A stretch of 64,000 nucleotides of DNA, from NCBI GenBank assembly GCA_965263035.1, contig OZ253580.1:1024001-1088000 (forward strand), given 5' to 3'. The stretch comes from Acidobacteriota bacterium (lineage in GTDB: Bacteria; Acidobacteriota; UBA6911; RPQK01; JAJDTT01). Below the pieces are notes generated by a model, which worked only from the letters and a program-made list of their open reading frames with translations, had not been told where the DNA came from and ran no database searches. Both the position numbers and the translations under genes were made by a program. Shown in pieces: positions 60,995 through 64,000 of the stretch; position 1 is the first letter of the stretch; each line of letters begins with the position of its first letter.

Positions 60995-61657
60995 TCACTT
61001 GACGTCTGAAACCGAGGAGTAGTCCCAACGGGGACAGGCTTGGCCGTCGGGCAGAATGCATGCGGGGCGGACCGGATCCGATTCCATCCCGAACCGGGCC
61101 AGGAGCCGGGCCAGTTCACATAGAGGAAGGCCGACGATGTTGAAATAGCATCCCGAGAAGGATTCCACCAACTCCGCTCCGGCCGTCTGAATCCCGTAGG
61201 AGCCTGCCTTGTCCAGCGCATCGCCCGAGTTCAGATAGCGGCTCAATACGGACTGCCCGAAGCGGCGCATGCGCACCTGGGAAGTCACCACCGCCGTCTC
61301 TTCCCTTCCCGATGGAGCCTCGATCACGGCCACGGCCGTGATCACGTCGTGGATCCGGCCCCGGAGCGACCAGAGCATCTGCCGGGCATCGGCACGATCG
61401 GACGGTTTGCCCAGAATCCTGCGGTTCAGGCATACCAGAGTGTCGCACCCGATGACGAGGCGCCGGCGCGCGCCGAAGGCGACCTCCCGGGCCTTCATCC
61501 GAGCCAGCTTGGCGGCCAGCATCGACGGTTCGGGCGCTTCCACCAGATCCTCGTCCAGACCACTCTGACGACAGACAAAGGGGAAACCCAGGCGGGGAAC
61601 CAGTTCTCGCCGGCGGGGAGATCCCGAGGCCAGGATCAGTCTCGGCTCATCGGACAT
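60995..61657 (-). CDS. maf: Maf family nucleotide pyrophosphatase
   Basis: LILASGSPRRRE, GCDT, ILGKP, DKAGSYGIQ, NIVGLP. Confidence 0.93.
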   Translation of the reverse strand: MSDEPRLILASGSPRRRELVPRLGFPFVCRQSGLDEDLVEAPEPSMLAAKLARMKAREVAFGARRRLVIGCDTLVCLNRRILGKPSDRADARQMLWSLRGRIHDVITAVAVIEAPSGREETAVVTSQVRMRRFGQSVLSRYLNSGDALDKAGSYGIQTAGAELVESFSGCYFNIVGLPLCELARLLARFGMESDPVRPACILPDGQACPRWDYSSVSDVK

Positions 61658-61777
61658 GACGCACCGCCCGCGAACCCCCTCGGACCATCGGAGGAAGGCA
61701 CTCTATCCGACGGCGTTGTGCCACCAGCGTACCACCGGACCTTCCGTTCGCCCCCGCGTCTCACAGCCGGACGGGAA

Positions 61778-62788
61778 TCAACGGGCGATCTGGCCGGACC
61801 GCAAGGGGCGCTGCAAAGTCCTGGGCTCGTCCGGATAGAGAGCGGCCACGTATTTTTCGTAACCGTTGAACAGGGGGGTCGGGAACTCCTTCTCGGTGTC
61901 GAGCCAGTACGACTCGTTCTGCGGCCACCGGGGATGGGGAATGTAGGGATTGACGTTGGACAGAAAGCCGTACTCGTGCGCCTGGATCTGCCAGAAAGTC
62001 TTGGGCTGCTTCTCGACCAGTTCGATCTTCACGATGGACTTGGGACTCTTGTAGCCATACTTCCAGGGGACGACGAGCCTCACCGGGGCGCCGTGCTGCT
62101 TGAGGAGCGGCTCGCCGTACACTCCGGTCGCCAGCAGCGTCAGCTCGTTCATGGCCTCGTCCATGCGCAGGGCTTCGTGGTAGGGCCACGGATAGAGGCG
62201 GGCTTGCCGGACCCCGGGCATCTGACTGGGCTTCAAGGCGCTCAGAAAGCGGACGAAGCGGGCCGAAGCCTTCGGTTTCACGCGGTCCAGGAGCTTGCTC
62301 AGGGGAAAGCCACTCCAGGGAACGTTCATGGCCCAACGCTCCACGCAACGGAAGTGATAGACCCTCTCCTCATGCTCGAAACCGAACAGATCGTCCAGAT
62401 CCAAGGTCTGAGGCTCGTGGCACTCGCCGCTGACGACGACCTTCCACGGATCCACCTTGAAATCCTCGACGTGCTCCCAGACCGGGCCCCCGCGGCCGGG
62501 AATGAATTCGTAGAAATTATTGTGCACTGCGGCAGTCGCCCGGGGAGTCATGCGGGGGGCCACGTCCGCCGGAAGCGAGTAGGCCTGGTTTCGGTCCGGC
62601 GGAAATACGCCGGGCCGCTTGAAGGGAGCCTCCAACATTGTGTTCGAACTCGCTGCTCTTCCACAGAGCAGATTGCCGGCAGCCATTGCGGCGACGGAGA
62701 GCCCGCCGAGAAACCGGCGCCTGGAGAAGAAGACCTGGGGCACGGTTATGGAGTGGGATGAGATGTCGGCGATGCAATTCTTGTACAT
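61778..62788 (-). CDS. msrP: Protein-methionine-sulfoxide reductase catalytic subunit
   Basis: SRRRFL Tat leader; NNFYEF, FRCVERW, LRMDEAM, GAPVRLVVPWKYGYKS, NVNP, HPRW, FNGY. Confidence 0.93.
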   Translation of the reverse strand: MYKNCIADISSHSITVPQVFFSRRRFLGGLSVAAMAAGNLLCGRAASSNTMLEAPFKRPGVFPPDRNQAYSLPADVAPRMTPRATAAVHNNFYEFIPGRGGPVWEHVEDFKVDPWKVVVSGECHEPQTLDLDDLFGFEHEERVYHFRCVERWAMNVPWSGFPLSKLLDRVKPKASARFVRFLSALKPSQMPGVRQARLYPWPYHEALRMDEAMNELTLLATGVYGEPLLKQHGAPVRLVVPWKYGYKSPKSIVKIELVEKQPKTFWQIQAHEYGFLSNVNPYIPHPRWPQNESYWLDTEKEFPTPLFNGYEKYVAALYPDEPRTLQRPLRSGQIAR

Positions 62789-62830
62789 GGAGCCTCCTCG
62801 ATCACTACTTCAAGATATCAAAGATGAGTC

Positions 62831-62922
62831 GTAGGGAGCGCCCCTTGTGGGCGCCCTCTTCGGTCCAAGGCGGAGCAGGACGCGGCCCGCTGAAGAGTCG
62901 CCGGCTGAAAAGCCGTCGCTAC
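62831..62922. repeat. Pair of inward-facing GTAG REP-like palindromes
   Basis: GTAGGGAGCGCCCCTTGTGGGCGCCCT on + (62831-62857) and GTAGCGACGGCTTTTCAGCCGGCGAC on - (62897-62922). Confidence 0.6.
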
Positions 62923-62998
62923 GGCGAAGATCCATTGGTTCCGGCCACGCCGGGATGGGGACTTTTCGCATTCGGGTGCTATATTCTGAAACTCGATC

Positions 62999-64000
62999 AT
63001 GCCGGAAAAACGGCCCAACGTGCTGCTCATCTGCGCGGACCGCTGGTCCGGACTCTTCACTCGTCCGGCCGGACATCCGGTGGTGATGACTCCCACGATC
63101 GCCCAGATGGCCCGCAACGGCGTCCACTTCGACCGTGCCTACTCCGCCTGTCCCATCTGTATTCCCGCACGTCGAAGCTTGATGACGGGCCTTTCGCCGC
63201 GAAACCACGGGGACCGGGTCTTCAACGAGTATTTGGAGATGCCGGACCCGGAAGAGGTTCCGACGCTCCCCGGGCTCTTCCGGGAGGCCGGTTATCAAGC
63301 TCATGCCGTCGGCAAGCTCCATGTCTATCCCCAGCGCGACCGCATCGGCTTCGACGAAGTGATCCTCAACGAGGAAGGGCGGCATCACCTCGATAACGGG
63401 TACGCCGACGACTGGGAGCTCTACCTGGCCGATCAGGGCTATCCGGGACAGGAGTACGCCGGCGGCCTCAGCAACAACGACTACCTCACCCGGTCCTGGC
63501 ACTTGCCCGACCATTGTCACCCCACCAACTGGGCGGCGGCGCAGATGTGCCGCACCATCCGGCGCCGCGATCACCGGAAGCCCGGTTTCTGGTACCTCTC
63601 CTTCGTGGGACCGCACCCACCGGTCTGGCCGCCGGCCGCGTATCTCGATCTCTACCGCAATCTGGAACTCGACCCCATGGTCTGCGGCGACTGGTCCCAA
63701 TCGTTCGAAGACCTGCCCTACAGCGTCAAGCCGTACATGGACCAATTCTGCATGCGCATGGCCATTCCAGGCGAGATCGACCGGGCGAGAAGGGCTTTCT
63801 ACGCCACCATCACCCACATCGATCACCAGATCCGGATGGTTCTGGGAACGCTGCGTGAAGAGGGGCTGTCGGAGAACACCATCGTCGCCTTCACGGCGGA
63901 TCACGGCGACATGCTGGGAGACCACCAGATGTGGGCCAAGGGGGTCATGTACGAGAAGTCCGCCCGGGTGCCCCTCATCATCGTGCCGGCGGCGGGTGAC
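62999..64000 (+). CDS. Sulfatase (Cys-type), runs off window end
   Basis: MPEKRPNVLLICAD, CIPARRSLMTG, GKLH, PHPP, TADHGDMLGDH; absent from the ORF track because it has no stop in the window. Confidence 0.92.
   Translation, partial: MPEKRPNVLLICADRWSGLFTRPAGHPVVMTPTIAQMARNGVHFDRAYSACPICIPARRSLMTGLSPRNHGDRVFNEYLEMPDPEEVPTLPGLFREAGYQAHAVGKLHVYPQRDRIGFDEVILNEEGRHHLDNGYADDWELYLADQGYPGQEYAGGLSNNDYLTRSWHLPDHCHPTNWAAAQMCRTIRRRDHRKPGFWYLSFVGPHPPVWPPAAYLDLYRNLELDPMVCGDWSQSFEDLPYSVKPYMDQFCMRMAIPGEIDRARRAFYATITHIDHQIRMVLGTLREEGLSENTIVAFTADHGDMLGDHQMWAKGVMYEKSARVPLIIVPAAGD

Noticed and set aside
1-64000. CRISPR array, tRNA or rRNA
   Set aside because: No regularly spaced repeats or recognisable structural RNA genes seen by eye; the repeats present are explained by IS ends and REP-like palindromes.

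Overview
GC-rich bacterial contig. Its gene content (CRTAC1/ASPIC and TPR remnants, many Tat-exported BNR/sialidase-like proteins, sulfatases) resembles Acidobacteriota or similar uncultured lineages; this assignment is inference only. The left ~38 kb is a decaying accessory carbohydrate/sugar-acid catabolism region dense with insertion sequences. I could read the ends and target duplications of an IS21, an IS1634-type element, a DUF4338-fused IS4-family element that splits a GntR gene, and three IS1380 copies; an IS1634 remnant lacks a readable left end. The right ~25 kb is mostly intact metabolic genes plus a putative defence pair (ABC-ATPase/TOPRIM gene and a RelE-like/UvrD/TPR helicase). 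The most striking structure is a 2,579-bp large serine recombinase element with no terminal inverted repeats, inserted at a TGGG core in the Walker A codons of the IS21 istB gene. Removing it restores istB in frame. Circularising it fuses an orphan RBS+ATG at one end in frame to a start-less gene at the other end, so that gene is complete only on the excised circle. No rRNA, tRNA or CRISPR array was seen. All family calls come from motif recognition, not database searches.
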